64,000 bases of DNA from Pelagomonas calceolata (GCA_918797485.1 CAKKNE010000005.1:3162001-3226000); one strand, 5' to 3'. Numbered from the stretch's first letter, positions 37,981 to 48,829 are shown. The notes: a model not told the origin generated them from the letters alone. Made by a program: numbers and translations.

Positions 37981-40458
37981 ATGAGCGACCCAGCGATGGA
38001 CGACGCCGCGCCGCTGAGTGTAAAGCGATTGGCACCCGCAAAAGCCCCGGCGCGTGAAGCGGTCTCCACCCGCGGCGCGCCGCGCGCCGTGAAAATCGAC
38101 CACAAGCTCATCATCTTCGGCCTGCACGACGGTGGCGTACGAGCGCTGGACCACGAGACCGGACAAGTCTGGAAACTCAGCGACCTAGGCGGCGACGACG
38201 ACGCGAGCGCGTTTTGGACGGACGGCGCGAAGCTCTACACGACCACAACAAGGCAGCTCCTCAAGGCCTACGCCCTGACTTGGAACGATGAAGACCTCAC
38301 ACTTAGTGGAGACGCGGCGCGCCAGTGCCACAAGGCGCCCGTGAAGGCCATTGACGTGGACAGTACGGGCGCGTTAATCGCCACAGCATCAGCAGACGGC
38401 ACGTGCCGCGTTTTTGATTCCAGACGGAACCTCACGCCGACGCACCGCTTCGCGCCCGCTGGCGGCGGCGTTTTGACTTCCGTAAAACACCACCCCTTCT
38501 CGTTGATCCTCGCGACCGCGAGGGCTTTCGACGTGCATGTGTGGGATTTGAAAAGTTCGTCTCAGATTGCATCGGTGTCGCTCAAGGCGTCCGTAGCAAG
38601 CATGTGCTGGCTGCCCGGGCCGCGGAATGCGGATGATCGGACGCTGGCCCTCGCCGCGCGCGACGCGACGTTGACCGTGTGGGATGGAATGAATGAGATC
38701 ACCGTTTCCAGTAAAGAGGACCTCGAAACTCTGACACTGTTGCCGCCGGCCGACGACGGAGGGCGGCAGTTCGCGTCGGCTGGTGCGGATGGTGTCGTGC
38801 GGGCTTGGAGGTACGCGGACGGGAAGGTACACAGAGCCTACAACGAAGAGTCCGCGACGACGGGCCCTTTGGAAAGTCTCTCTCGCTTCGAAAACGACCT
38901 CGTCGTGACGGGTCATGATAGAAGCGTGCGCTTCGTCGATTGCGTGACTCTGAAGGAGACGCGACATGCTCTGTGTGGAGGCGACGACGAAGTGTTGGAC
39001 GCGGCGTTTCTGGGCGACGGTTCGCGGTTGGCCCTCGCGACGCCGTCGGAGACGGTCCGGATCGTGGACACGCATGATTGGCGCACAACGTTCTTAAGTG
39101 GCCACGCCGACGCGGTCCTGGCCGTGGCCTCTTGTGACGAGTATGTCGCGTCCGCCTCGAAAGATCGGACGGCCAAAATCTGGCGCGAGACTTCTTCAGG
39201 AAGATGGGACCTCATCAGTACCTTAGAGGGCCACGTCGATAGCGTCGGCGCCGTGGCTCTGGGCAAACGAGGTGACGAGTTGGTCTGTGCCACCGCTTCC
39301 AAAGATAGGACGCTGAAATTATGGCAAGATGGGCAGTGCACCGCCTCAACGATAGCGCACGACAAGGACATTAATGACGTGGCCCTGAGTCCGGGCTGTG
39401 TCGTCGTGGCTTCTTGTTCCTCGGACCGGACTGCCAAGCTCTGGGATTCTCAATTGAATGCGCAGGGGTCCTGTTTAGGACATAAAAGGGGCGTCTGGCG
39501 CTGCGTATTCAGTACGAAAGAGCGGTGGCTCGCCACGTGTGCTTCTGATAGGACTGTAAGGGTCTGGGCCGTGAAAACAAGACAATGCTTAGCTGTCCTG
39601 CAGGGCCACGAGGACTCCGTATTGAGTCTAGCGTTCCTGAAGGGTGATCAATTAGTATCAGGTGGCGCCGACGGCACGCTCAAGGTCTGGTCGCCGCAGA
39701 CGCGGACGTGTGAATGCACCATCGAAGCTTACGAGGATTGTAGAGTCTGGGCACTCGCGACGTATGACGGGAAGGTTGTTTCTGGGGGAGGCGACGGGAC
39801 CGTGCGCGTCTTTGAGGACGTGACGGCTTCTGATCTACAATCAGAAAGGGAGAAGGACGCGGAACGGGAGGCGCGGGACCAGGCGCTGCGGACGGCTCTA
39901 CAATCAGGTGATCCTGTTTCAGCGCTGAAGCAAGCGCTAGCCTTGGAGCGGCCGCACGCGGCCTGGGGCTGTTTGAAAGCTATCCACGAGCGGAGTTCCG
40001 GAGAAGCGACCCTGGATCCTTTTGATGAGGCGTTCTCCGATCTAGAACTAGATCAATCGCAAAAGCTTCTGACGGCGATCGTTGACTGGAACGCGAACGC
40101 TAGGAGAGCGCCGATTGCGCAGCGCGCCCTACGGGCGTTGATCAAGGCGCACGGGGCCGACACGTTATTAAAAGACGCGGCGCTCCGCGACGCCGTCGCC
40201 GCGTATACCAAAAGGCATTTGGCGCGCTTGGACGGGCTGCTCCAGCAGACCTACCTCGTCGACTCTGTGTTGGGCGCTCTGGAAAGGCGGTGTCTGACGG
40301 TCGAAGAAGAGTCTGTTCCGGCGAAGCGGCCGCGCGCCGCGGCGGCGCCGCGCGTTTATACGGCGGACGACTTGTTCGCCGCGGCGCCGGCGGAGGACAG
40401 CGATAGCGACGCCAGCCCTGTGCCGAAGAAGAGGAAATCGCGGCGGTCGTCGCGCTAG
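37981..40458 (+). CDS. UTP13: U3 snoRNP WD40 protein UTP13/TBL3
   Basis: AHDKDINDVALSP; GHKRGVWRCVFS; C-terminal DWNANAR..AQRAL..AYTKRHLARLDGLLQQTYLVD. Confidence 0.92.
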   Translation: MSDPAMDDAAPLSVKRLAPAKAPAREAVSTRGAPRAVKIDHKLIIFGLHDGGVRALDHETGQVWKLSDLGGDDDASAFWTDGAKLYTTTTRQLLKAYALTWNDEDLTLSGDAARQCHKAPVKAIDVDSTGALIATASADGTCRVFDSRRNLTPTHRFAPAGGGVLTSVKHHPFSLILATARAFDVHVWDLKSSSQIASVSLKASVASMCWLPGPRNADDRTLALAARDATLTVWDGMNEITVSSKEDLETLTLLPPADDGGRQFASAGADGVVRAWRYADGKVHRAYNEESATTGPLESLSRFENDLVVTGHDRSVRFVDCVTLKETRHALCGGDDEVLDAAFLGDGSRLALATPSETVRIVDTHDWRTTFLSGHADAVLAVASCDEYVASASKDRTAKIWRETSSGRWDLISTLEGHVDSVGAVALGKRGDELVCATASKDRTLKLWQDGQCTASTIAHDKDINDVALSPGCVVVASCSSDRTAKLWDSQLNAQGSCLGHKRGVWRCVFSTKERWLATCASDRTVRVWAVKTRQCLAVLQGHEDSVLSLAFLKGDQLVSGGADGTLKVWSPQTRTCECTIEAYEDCRVWALATYDGKVVSGGGDGTVRVFEDVTASDLQSEREKDAEREARDQALRTALQSGDPVSALKQALALERPHAAWGCLKAIHERSSGEATLDPFDEAFSDLELDQSQKLLTAIVDWNANARRAPIAQRALRALIKAHGADTLLKDAALRDAVAAYTKRHLARLDGLLQQTYLVDSVLGALERRCLTVEEESVPAKRPRAAAAPRVYTADDLFAAAPAEDSDSDASPVPKKRKSRRSSR

Positions 40459-40483
40459 ATTTGTGTAACTCGAAATATCTTAC

Positions 40484-41617
40484 CTAGGCGTTCCCCGGCG
40501 ACGGCGTCTCGCGGGCGCGGAGCGCGGCTCGCGTGTATCGCAGGCAGCCCTCAATATTCAATGTGAGGGGATGCGCGCCACCAAGCACGCGTCTCGCGGT
40601 CCGTGCCGTCTCCTCCAGCGTCGTCACGGCTTCGCGGAGATCGTCGAGCGTGGCGGAGTCGTCCGTGCAGAGCGCTTGCGCGTAAACGGACCTTATCGAG
40701 AGCGTGATGTCATTATTCTCGCCGAGAACGCGCCGCGCCACGGGTATCGTTTTGCGTAGCAGTGACTTGGCTTCTTCGAAGCGCCCTAGACCGCGAAGGT
40801 TGTCCGCGTAGTTGCAGGCTGCTAGAAGGGTTTTCGGATGGTCCTCGCCCACTAACTTTGAACGTCCGGAGTAAATGTCTCGAAACATGTTTGAGGCCTC
40901 TTCAGCCCGCCCAACAACTTGATACGTGCCCGCAAGATTGTTCTGCGCGATGAGTATGTTGAATTCTGAATCGCCAAGGCGCCGCATCATAGCCAACTCG
41001 GCCTCTTGCACGGACAGCGCTTCCTCGTGGCGTTTTGCATTGTGTAAACCGTTCCCAAGCTGTTGCATCGCCAAGTGCCGACTCGAGTCCGTCTCCGGCC
41101 GACTCAAGTACGTTTTCCAGCACGCCCACCCGAGCGCGCACCGCACGACGCCGTGGTAATATTGTTCGCACAGGCTACACGTGTGCCACCGCTCAAACCT
41201 CCCATTCAGCGCATCGAATCCCAAATTATTCTCCTCGACCTCCGCGACCAAAATCTTCGCCTGCTCCGCCAGACACGAAACATGCGCGACGCCCGCCGTC
41301 CCGCGGCATGCACACCCGCGCACGAGACCCTCCTTCGTCTTCCAGTGGAGCGCCTGAGTGCAGATGAAGCACGTCTGGCCCTTCGTGTCGTCGGCGCAGG
41401 CCTCGACCGCGACCGCGACGGCCTCCTTGTATTTTTTGTCGGCGTGATAGTGTTCTGCGTTGCCGCCGCGGTGTATTCGTTTACAGATCTGCTTGTGGCC
41501 GCGGCGCCAGTGGTCATGCTGGCAAGTGGCGTTACAATAGCGCGTTTTACAGCGTACGCATCGCGGCGCGTCGTGGGCCAGTGGGGCGGCGCAGGCGGCG
41601 CAGTTTGTGAGGATCAT
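40484..41617 (-). CDS. MYND-like Zn finger + RING-CH-like + TPR (kinesin-light-chain type) protein, paralog A
   Basis: CAAC..CVRC..YCNATCQHDHW..HKQIC; CFIC..CACRGTAGVAHVSCL..CSLC; RRVLGENNDIT and LGGAHPLT repeats. Confidence 0.9.
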   Translation of the reverse strand: MILTNCAACAAPLAHDAPRCVRCKTRYCNATCQHDHWRRGHKQICKRIHRGGNAEHYHADKKYKEAVAVAVEACADDTKGQTCFICTQALHWKTKEGLVRGCACRGTAGVAHVSCLAEQAKILVAEVEENNLGFDALNGRFERWHTCSLCEQYYHGVVRCALGWACWKTYLSRPETDSSRHLAMQQLGNGLHNAKRHEEALSVQEAELAMMRRLGDSEFNILIAQNNLAGTYQVVGRAEEASNMFRDIYSGRSKLVGEDHPKTLLAACNYADNLRGLGRFEEAKSLLRKTIPVARRVLGENNDITLSIRSVYAQALCTDDSATLDDLREAVTTLEETARTARRVLGGAHPLTLNIEGCLRYTRAALRARETPSPGNA

Positions 41618-41751
41618 TTTGCGTTGGCGGGCCGTCTGTAGAGCGTTCGCGTCGCGCGTTTTGGTGAGTTGAAAAAATCGGGTTTGCCAAGCCGAGTCAA
41701 AATATGCGCAAAAGCCGCCGCAAACCGCAAAAACTCACCGCAAAACGCAAA

Positions 41752-42885
41752 ATGATCCTCACAACATGCGCCGCCTGCGCCGCCCCACTGGCCCACGACG
41801 CGCCGCGATGTGTTAGATGTCACACTCGCTATTGTAACGCCACTTGCCAGCATGACCACTGGCGCCGCGGCCACAAGCAGATGTGTAAGAAAATACACCG
41901 CGGCGGCAACGCAGAACAGTATAATGCAGACAAAAAATACAAGGAGGCCGTCGCGGTCGCGGTCGAGGCGTGCGCGGACGACACGAAGGGCCAGACGTGC
42001 TTCATCTGCACCCAGGCTCTCCACTGGAAAACAAAGGAGGGCCTCGTGCGCGGGTGCGCGTGCCGCGGGACGGCGGGCTTTGCGCATGTGTCGTGCTTGG
42101 CGGAGCAGGCGAAGATTTTGGTCGCGGAGGTCGAGGAGAATAATTTGGGCAATGATGCGTTTAATGCGCGGTGGCGGCGGTGGGCCAGCTGTAGCTTATG
42201 CGAGCAGGAGTACCACGGCGTCGTGCGGTGCGCGCTCGGGTGGGCTTGCTGGAAGACGTACGTGGGGCGGCCAGAGACGGACGCTCCTCGGCAAATCGCG
42301 ATGAACCAGCTTGGGAACGGTTTACAACTTGCAAATTACAACGAGGACGCGTTGTCTGTGCAAGAGGCCGAGCTGGCTATGAAGCGGCGCCTTGGCGCGT
42401 CAGCAGGACACGTGCTCGCCGTGCAGGGCAATATTGCGAACACGTATCAAAAGATTGGACGGCTCGAACAGGCCCTGCAGATGCGGCAAGACGTTTACTC
42501 CGGGACAGTTATGGTCCGCGGGAGGGAACATATAGACAGCCTCGCAGCAGCCAACAACAACGCGTCGACCCTTAATTGTCTAAGGCGCTACGGAGAAGCC
42601 AAGACGTTGCTGCGCGACTTGATTCCCGTGACGCAACGCGTTCTTGGCGAGGGCCATCTAATCACGCTCAAAATGCGGTGGCTTTACGCGATGGCGCTCC
42701 ACCACGCCGACGACGCCGCCACACTCGACGATCTCCGCGAGGCCGTGACGACGCTTGAGGACTCGGAGCGGATCGCGCGGCGCGTGTTCGGTGGTGCACA
42801 CCCGACCACAGACTGTATTGAACTCGAGTTGCGAGACGCGCGAGCGGCGCTCCGCGCCCGCGAGGCGTCGCCGGGGGGCCAGTAA
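41752..42885 (+). CDS. MYND-like Zn finger + RING-CH-like + TPR protein, paralog B
   Basis: Near-identical N-terminus to paralog A, starting MILTTCAACAAPLAHDAPRC. Confidence 0.9.
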   Translation: MILTTCAACAAPLAHDAPRCVRCHTRYCNATCQHDHWRRGHKQMCKKIHRGGNAEQYNADKKYKEAVAVAVEACADDTKGQTCFICTQALHWKTKEGLVRGCACRGTAGFAHVSCLAEQAKILVAEVEENNLGNDAFNARWRRWASCSLCEQEYHGVVRCALGWACWKTYVGRPETDAPRQIAMNQLGNGLQLANYNEDALSVQEAELAMKRRLGASAGHVLAVQGNIANTYQKIGRLEQALQMRQDVYSGTVMVRGREHIDSLAAANNNASTLNCLRRYGEAKTLLRDLIPVTQRVLGEGHLITLKMRWLYAMALHHADDAATLDDLREAVTTLEDSERIARRVFGGAHPTTDCIELELRDARAALRAREASPGGQ

Positions 42886-42968
42886 GTACAGCGAACAACT
42901 AATCTCCTCGCACCCCGATACGCCACCCGACGCGAAGACGTCTATAAAACTATCCTCTCTTATATAAA

Positions 42969-44666
42969 TCACAGGGGCGCCGCCTCCTCGCGGGACGCGG
43001 CCGCAGACAGGTCCCGCGACGGCGACAAAGGCGAGTCCTCCGCCTGCATCCGAATCGCGTTCTCCGCGCCCGGGTGGTAGAACGAGATGGACATGTGGCG
43101 CACGGACCCATCCTCGTCGCTCAAATCCAGGACCTCCACGACGGACGTCACGAGCAAACACCACGTCGAGTAGCCCGTGCCCCGGACGATCTTCCGCTCG
43201 TCGGCGTGCTGCACCCTATAGGTATTTGTGGACGTGAGCATGACGAGGTCGTCGCGTAATACCCTTATTCGCGTCGGCGACGTGAGCTCGGGCGAGGGCG
43301 TCAATACCACCACATCTCCAGAGCCAAACAGCTCGTGGCAGCGCGCGAAGGACTCGCCACCTGACGTCGTCCGCGAGCACGACGCCAGCAACTGTAACAA
43401 TATAGAGTCGACGCGGGCGGGGTCCGCCTCGCGGCGTTCCTGCACATTATCCTCGACATGCTCGGCGTCCTCGGCAAACAACAACGGCAAGAACCCGACG
43501 AGCGACGGGGGCAGCTGCACGGCGCTCCTATCATTCGAGACCGGTGCGGAAGCCGCCTTATGCGCCAGCCCCTCCAACAAGCTCATGAACGCCTCGAAGT
43601 CCGTTTCATCATCCAGCGGGTACCTCTCATTATTGACGATGAGCGACGACTCCCTTCGCAGGTCCACGATGAACTGCTTGCGTCTTGCATCTTTGCCGCC
43701 CCGCTGCAGCATCTTTGATGTGGGCTCCAAGGGAATCAACGACGCCGTCGCGCGGTGCCTCCCCAGAGCTATGAGGTATTCCTGGCGCGTCTTGGCGCTT
43801 TCGACGTCCTGCACTAATCTTTTCAACAGAGACTCCTCGTATGACCGGTAGGCGTCCCACAAACTCCGTGTATCTCGTTCACCTCTCAAAACCTCCCGCA
43901 GCGCCCGCCGCGGCACGCAAACGAGCTTCACGATATCAGTCGAAGCCGTCGCCGTCGACGACCGTCGCAGATCGTGCATCAACGAATCGTCCCCAAAGGA
44001 CCCGCCCGGCTCGACCGCCGCGACCTCGGTGCCCTCCACGCTTAATCGTACCGCGCCTCGCGCTACCAGACACATCTGGTCCGAGTAGTCGCCCATTTGA
44101 CTGATAACTTCACCTTTCCTGAATTCGGCGGCGATGCACTGGTCGGCGAGGTCCGTTCTTTCCTCCATTGATAGTGAAGCGAAGAGCGGCGCGTTCGCGA
44201 GGAGTTGATCAATAGACATCTCTACTACTTTCCTCCGTGCTTTGTAGGCGTCCCTGGCGCGCTGTTTCAGCGTCGACGCCTTCGTGACCGCGCGCGAGAA
44301 CATCTTGCCCTTCTGCTTGTCCGGACTAAAGCGCGGCGTCGACAGGTCGCGCGTCGAGTCCGGCGACGACATCGGTAGAGGGACGACCTCCGCTAATCGC
44401 GCGTGGGCGTCGTCCAACTGCTTTTTATGATGGGCCCGTTCCGACGCGAGGAGCGCCCTCAGCTCGTCCGCCGTCGCGTCTTCTTCTATCTTCGGCGCGC
44501 GCGCCTCGCGTCGCAGCCTTTCTATGATCTCCTCCTTCTCGGCTATGAGTAGTTTCGCGGCGATGAGTTCTTCCGTTAGTGTGGCCACTTCGCCCTTGAC
44601 CGCGTCCTGGGCCTGTTCTAACTCGGCGGCGAGGGCTCTCAGGTCGCCGTCGAGGCCGGTCAGCAT
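42969..44666 (-). CDS. Coiled-coil + cyclic-nucleotide-binding domain protein
   Basis: PLFASLS..FRKGEVISQMGD..GGSFGDDSL..RRSSTATA. Confidence 0.8.
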   Translation of the reverse strand: MLTGLDGDLRALAAELEQAQDAVKGEVATLTEELIAAKLLIAEKEEIIERLRREARAPKIEEDATADELRALLASERAHHKKQLDDAHARLAEVVPLPMSSPDSTRDLSTPRFSPDKQKGKMFSRAVTKASTLKQRARDAYKARRKVVEMSIDQLLANAPLFASLSMEERTDLADQCIAAEFRKGEVISQMGDYSDQMCLVARGAVRLSVEGTEVAAVEPGGSFGDDSLMHDLRRSSTATASTDIVKLVCVPRRALREVLRGERDTRSLWDAYRSYEESLLKRLVQDVESAKTRQEYLIALGRHRATASLIPLEPTSKMLQRGGKDARRKQFIVDLRRESSLIVNNERYPLDDETDFEAFMSLLEGLAHKAASAPVSNDRSAVQLPPSLVGFLPLLFAEDAEHVEDNVQERREADPARVDSILLQLLASCSRTTSGGESFARCHELFGSGDVVVLTPSPELTSPTRIRVLRDDLVMLTSTNTYRVQHADERKIVRGTGYSTWCLLVTSVVEVLDLSDEDGSVRHMSISFYHPGAENAIRMQAEDSPLSPSRDLSAAASREEAAPL

Positions 44667-44813
44667 GGTCTCAGTGGGTCATGCCATCGCTGCGGGGCTG
44701 CCGCTGCATTTCGCTGTTCTGTACGACAAATGCGGTTCTCTCCACGCGTGATGGGCAGCTCTTTTGCCTTTGCGCGCCAAGTTGCTCTCTTGTCTCACTG
44801 CGCGCACTAATCC

Positions 44814-44839
44814 GCTAGCGTCCTGTAAGACACACTAGC
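44814..44839 (+). promoter_or_regulatory. CTAG-bounded upstream element, copy 7
   Basis: gctagcgtcctgtaagacacactagc between divergent genes. Confidence 0.7.
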
Positions 44840-45054
44840 AACGCATGACAACATCAGACTTGAGTGCCTTTTCGTAAGGCGACCCCGCCAATCGCCTGCA
44901 CTTGAACGCCTCGTAGCGTTCGCCGCGCTCCTTCACCTACGCTGTGCGCGCCGCGAACTGCAAGCGCGAACGCCTAGGGAGCGCGCAAACGCCAGTCAGC
45001 TCCTTGAGGCTCAGCAAGCACCCCTCCCGCACGCCATCGACGCAAAAGACAACG

Positions 45055-46398
45055 ATGCGCGCCGCCCACCGCCTCACGCAGCGCGTCGCCACAAGACAAG
45101 CAAGCGCCATCGCGCCGACGGCCGGCCAGGGCGTGAACCCGGCCCCGACGCATATGCTGCCGCCCGTGTCGCTGTTAGTAGAGCAGCCGGAGGTCGGCGC
45201 ATTCAACCCGCCGAAGCGCCTGCTCATGGGCCCGGGGCCCGGCAACGCCCACCCGCGCGTCCATGCGGCCATGGCCTTGCCCCAAATTGGGCACATGGAT
45301 GGTGCATTCCTCCAGATGGCCGAGGAGATCAAGGAGATGCTGCGCTACGCCTGGCAGACGAAGAATCCTTTTACTGTTCCGTGTAGCGGCACTGGTTCTG
45401 CGGCGTGGGAGGCGCTCTGTGCGAATCTCACGTCACCGGGAGACAAGCATTTGGTTCTGGTGAATGGCTATTTTGGGTTGCGCCACTGCGACATGGCGTC
45501 GCGCTACGGCGCCGAGATTATTAAATTAGAAAAGCCCTGGGGCGAGGTCTTCACGCCGGAGGAAGTCGACGCGGCCTGCGCGGAGCACAAGCCCGACATG
45601 ATCTGGGTCGCGCACGCGGAGACGTCGACGGGCGCCTGCCAGCCCATGGACCAGCTCGGCGAGATCGCGCGCAACCACGACTGCCTCTTGGCGGCGGACA
45701 CGGTCACAAGTATCGGAGGCCTGCCCGTGCGCTTGGACGAGTGGGGTGTGGATGCCGCGTACGCCGGCGGCCAGAAGGCCCTGTCCTGCCCCCCCGGCAT
45801 CGCGCCCCTGACCTTCGGCGACCGCGCGCTCACGAAGATGGACAAGCGCACGGCCGCCGGCGAACAAGTGAAGAACTGGTACTTAGATATGAACATGATC
45901 AAGCAGTACCTCGTGGTCAACGACTTCGGCGTGCCGCGCGTGTATCATCATACGGCGCCGATCAGTATGGCCTATGCGTTGCGGGAGGCGCTGGGCATCC
46001 TGACGGAGGAAGGCCTCGAGGCGTCCTGGTCGCGGCACCGCGACGCGGCGGAGTTCTTCTGGAACGAGCTCGAGAAGATTGGGTTGGAGTGCCACGTCGA
46101 CTGGGAGCACCGGTTGCCTACTCTTACGACGGTGAAGATCCCGGAGGGCATCGACGGTGGGAAGGTGGTCACTTACTTAAGGGAGAACTACAACATCGAG
46201 ATCGCCGGCGGGCTCGGCGCGCTGGCGGGCAAGGTCTGGCGCATCGGGCTGATGGGCTACAACGCGCGCCGCGAGAACGCGGCTTTGGTCTGCGCCGCCC
46301 TGCGGGACGCGCTCGACGCCCAGGGCTACTACCGCGCGCCGGGCCTGCTCTACCCGTCGCGCCAGCACTCGCGGTCGTCGTTCCACGGCTCCGCCTGA
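45055..46398 (+). CDS. AGXT: Alanine-glyoxylate / serine-pyruvate aminotransferase (class V PLP), mitochondrial-type leader
   Basis: RLLMGPGP; GTGSAAWE; HAETSTG; GGQKALSCPPG; YHHTAP; WRIGLMG. Confidence 0.93.
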   Translation: MRAAHRLTQRVATRQASAIAPTAGQGVNPAPTHMLPPVSLLVEQPEVGAFNPPKRLLMGPGPGNAHPRVHAAMALPQIGHMDGAFLQMAEEIKEMLRYAWQTKNPFTVPCSGTGSAAWEALCANLTSPGDKHLVLVNGYFGLRHCDMASRYGAEIIKLEKPWGEVFTPEEVDAACAEHKPDMIWVAHAETSTGACQPMDQLGEIARNHDCLLAADTVTSIGGLPVRLDEWGVDAAYAGGQKALSCPPGIAPLTFGDRALTKMDKRTAAGEQVKNWYLDMNMIKQYLVVNDFGVPRVYHHTAPISMAYALREALGILTEEGLEASWSRHRDAAEFFWNELEKIGLECHVDWEHRLPTLTTVKIPEGIDGGKVVTYLRENYNIEIAGGLGALAGKVWRIGLMGYNARRENAALVCAALRDALDAQGYYRAPGLLYPSRQHSRSSFHGSA

Positions 46399-46484
46399 TT
46401 TCCCCCTACCCGGGGTTATCTCCTGTCCATAAAACTATATCGTTATTACTCGCCAGCTAGACTCTATGAGAAGTGTGGGGATGC

Positions 46485-47054
46485 TTAGGCTACGAGCGAG
46501 GCATCTGGAGCCTCCGCCGACGGCGGAGTGCGCTGAGCAGGTGAAAGTATCCCAGAACAGCCGACAAAAATAATAAACAACCAAAACAATGGATGTCTGG
46601 CGTGGCGTCCGGAGCTCTTGTGAGTCTCGTCCAGCTGGCTGGTCACCCGCTCGGGCCGGCGATAGTCCATCAATAGCGTCATAACCAAGAAGGTACCGAG
46701 GATCATGTTGCCGAGCGCGGCCTGCCTGATTTTCCTTTCGGCTGCTTGGGACTTGAAATACATCTCGACAAAGTGCGCCGTCGCAACCAGCATCGCGGCC
46801 TGGGGCGCCAGTGGCGAGTCGGCAACCAAGATGCACATTACGCCGACGCACACCATCCAAAATGATAGGATCTTCCATATCATCGCGTCAAGTTCTGTCT
46901 TTTTTTCTATGGCGCGCGGGCCCTCGATCCCCTCGATGATACCCTTGTGCTTGAAGACGTGCCTGGCCCAGGCTATCATCGCGCCGCCATTAATGCATAG
47001 ACTGACGGCGACAGCCTGCAATCGCGGCGCCGGAGGAGGTGCGAGGACAACCAT
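46485..47054 (-). CDS. Small multi-pass membrane protein
   Basis: 4-5 hydrophobic segments. Confidence 0.6.
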   Translation of the reverse strand: MVVLAPPPAPRLQAVAVSLCINGGAMIAWARHVFKHKGIIEGIEGPRAIEKKTELDAMIWKILSFWMVCVGVMCILVADSPLAPQAAMLVATAHFVEMYFKSQAAERKIRQAALGNMILGTFLVMTLLMDYRRPERVTSQLDETHKSSGRHARHPLFWLFIIFVGCSGILSPAQRTPPSAEAPDASLVA

Positions 47055-47202
47055 GAGCTTGATTTCAGTGGTGCCAGGACCTTAGCTTGCCAGGGTCGAT
47101 CGATATTCTATCGTTCTCAGCAAAGGGCTAACTAACGCGCCTCAAATCAGACGTGTCTTGTCGCTCTCTGGGTTGCAAAGCAAAGCTATGGGAGCCTTGT
47201 CT

Positions 47203-47244
47203 GGTATACTTATGGTATACTTATGGTATACTTATGGTATGCTT
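47203..47244. repeat. 11-bp tandem repeat (ggtatacttat), about 3.8 copies
   Basis: Seen directly, just past the nitronate monooxygenase stop. Confidence 0.9.
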
Positions 47245-47250
47245 AACAAT

Positions 47251-48345
47251 CTACAGGAGCCCACCCAACACCCGCTCCGCGTCCGCGACAAGCCACGCTG
47301 CGACGGCCTCCCCGTCGCCCCGCGGAGACGCAATCGCCGCGGCCTGCCCCGCCCATCGGCTACCGTGGAACTCTCCACTCGCGGTAGATAGCGGCTTCGC
47401 CGCCGTCGACGCCCAGGGAAATTCGGGCACTGCTGGAGAAATAGGCCCCAGCTCGCGCACGAGGCGGTTCGCGAAGCCGCGAGCGGGCCGGCCTGAGTAT
47501 ACGTTCGTGACAACCGTGGCATCGTCGCGGCTCGATTCCAAAGCGGCGCGGTGGCCGTCGTTGATCAATGCATCGTTTGCGCGGAGGAACGTCGTGCCCA
47601 CGGACACGCCGCTCGCCCCAAGCGCGAGCGCCGCGACGACGCCGCGACCGTCCGCCAAGCCACCGGCCGCGATCACCGGCACGCTGACGGCGTCGACGAT
47701 CTGTGGCACCAAGGCCATGGTCCCGACCAGCGGCGGTTTCACGTAACAATTGCCGAGGAACGAGCCCCGGTGGCCGCCCGCCTCGGCGCCCTGGGCAATG
47801 ATGACGTCGACGCGTCGGGCGAGTGCGTGAGCTTCGGCGACGGTCGTGGCGGTGCACCACACGCTCGCGCCGGTGGCCCTCACGCGGTCCAGGAGCGCGT
47901 CCTCCGGCAGCCCAAAGTGAAATGAAACGATATCCGGTCTGACGGCCTCGACGGCCGCGCACGCGGCCTCGTCAAAAGAAGCGCGACCGTTTGTCGCTAC
48001 GAGTTCGGCGCTCGACGGCGGCGTCGCGCCGGCCTCCTTATAGTAAGGCGCCAGTTCCTCCATCCAGCGCGCTTGTCGCGCTTCCGTCGGCGCCGCAGCG
48101 TCGTGCGTCGTAAAAAAGTTGAGATGCAGCGGCGCGCCAAGGGCAGTTTCCCGGAAATTCTGTGCTGCAGGAGCGATGGCATCAGGCGCGAGTGTTGCAC
48201 AGGGAATGCTACCGAGAACGCCCGCCCGCGCCGCGCCCGCAGCGACGCGCCAGTCGACGGCGTCGGCCATCGGCGCCTGGACGATCGGCGCGCGGACGCC
48301 GTAGCGCGCACACATTGCCCGCGCGAGTGCTGGCCAGACGACCAT
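47251..48345 (-). CDS. Nitronate monooxygenase (2-nitropropane dioxygenase family)
   Basis: PIVQAPMA; VSFHFGLP; IAQGAEAGGHRGSF; PVIAAGGLADGRG; TNVYSGRPARG; WAGQ. Confidence 0.93.
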   Translation of the reverse strand: MVVWPALARAMCARYGVRAPIVQAPMADAVDWRVAAGAARAGVLGSIPCATLAPDAIAPAAQNFRETALGAPLHLNFFTTHDAAAPTEARQARWMEELAPYYKEAGATPPSSAELVATNGRASFDEAACAAVEAVRPDIVSFHFGLPEDALLDRVRATGASVWCTATTVAEAHALARRVDVIIAQGAEAGGHRGSFLGNCYVKPPLVGTMALVPQIVDAVSVPVIAAGGLADGRGVVAALALGASGVSVGTTFLRANDALINDGHRAALESSRDDATVVTNVYSGRPARGFANRLVRELGPISPAVPEFPWASTAAKPLSTASGEFHGSRWAGQAAAIASPRGDGEAVAAWLVADAERVLGGLL

Positions 48346-48829
48346 TTTTTACCAGCGCTTTTTGCGGCAGCACTTCGTACACTTGCGCCACTTATGCAGC
48401 CACCACCTCTTGAAACACCACCAACTGGCAGACATCTTGCATTCTCACTTGCGCAAGTGGTTTGTTCACTAATTGTTGTGCTGCGGCTGCGCGAGCACCA
48501 CCTGCAACCTGCGCGGCTGAAAATTGCGCCAATGCTCTCACTCACCAAGCTAGCTCTGCGAAGCTGCGCGGGTATGTCGCCCGTCGGAAAGCTCCCAAAG
48601 GAAGGTAGAGAGGATCGAGAGGGGTGTGCGCACGGATCCGCGACGCTTGGGTCGGGCCCGGACGGCGGCCGCGCACCGCGGAGAGCGCGCCGACGAGAAC
48701 GGAGACGCCATCGACGCCACAGACGCCCCCGAGACGCTGAGGTTTACAGGAACCGGGCCCACGGAGACGCCATCGCCGCAAGAACAGATGACTCAAGATT
48801 TTTTACTAGATTACGCACGGGGAACGGAC

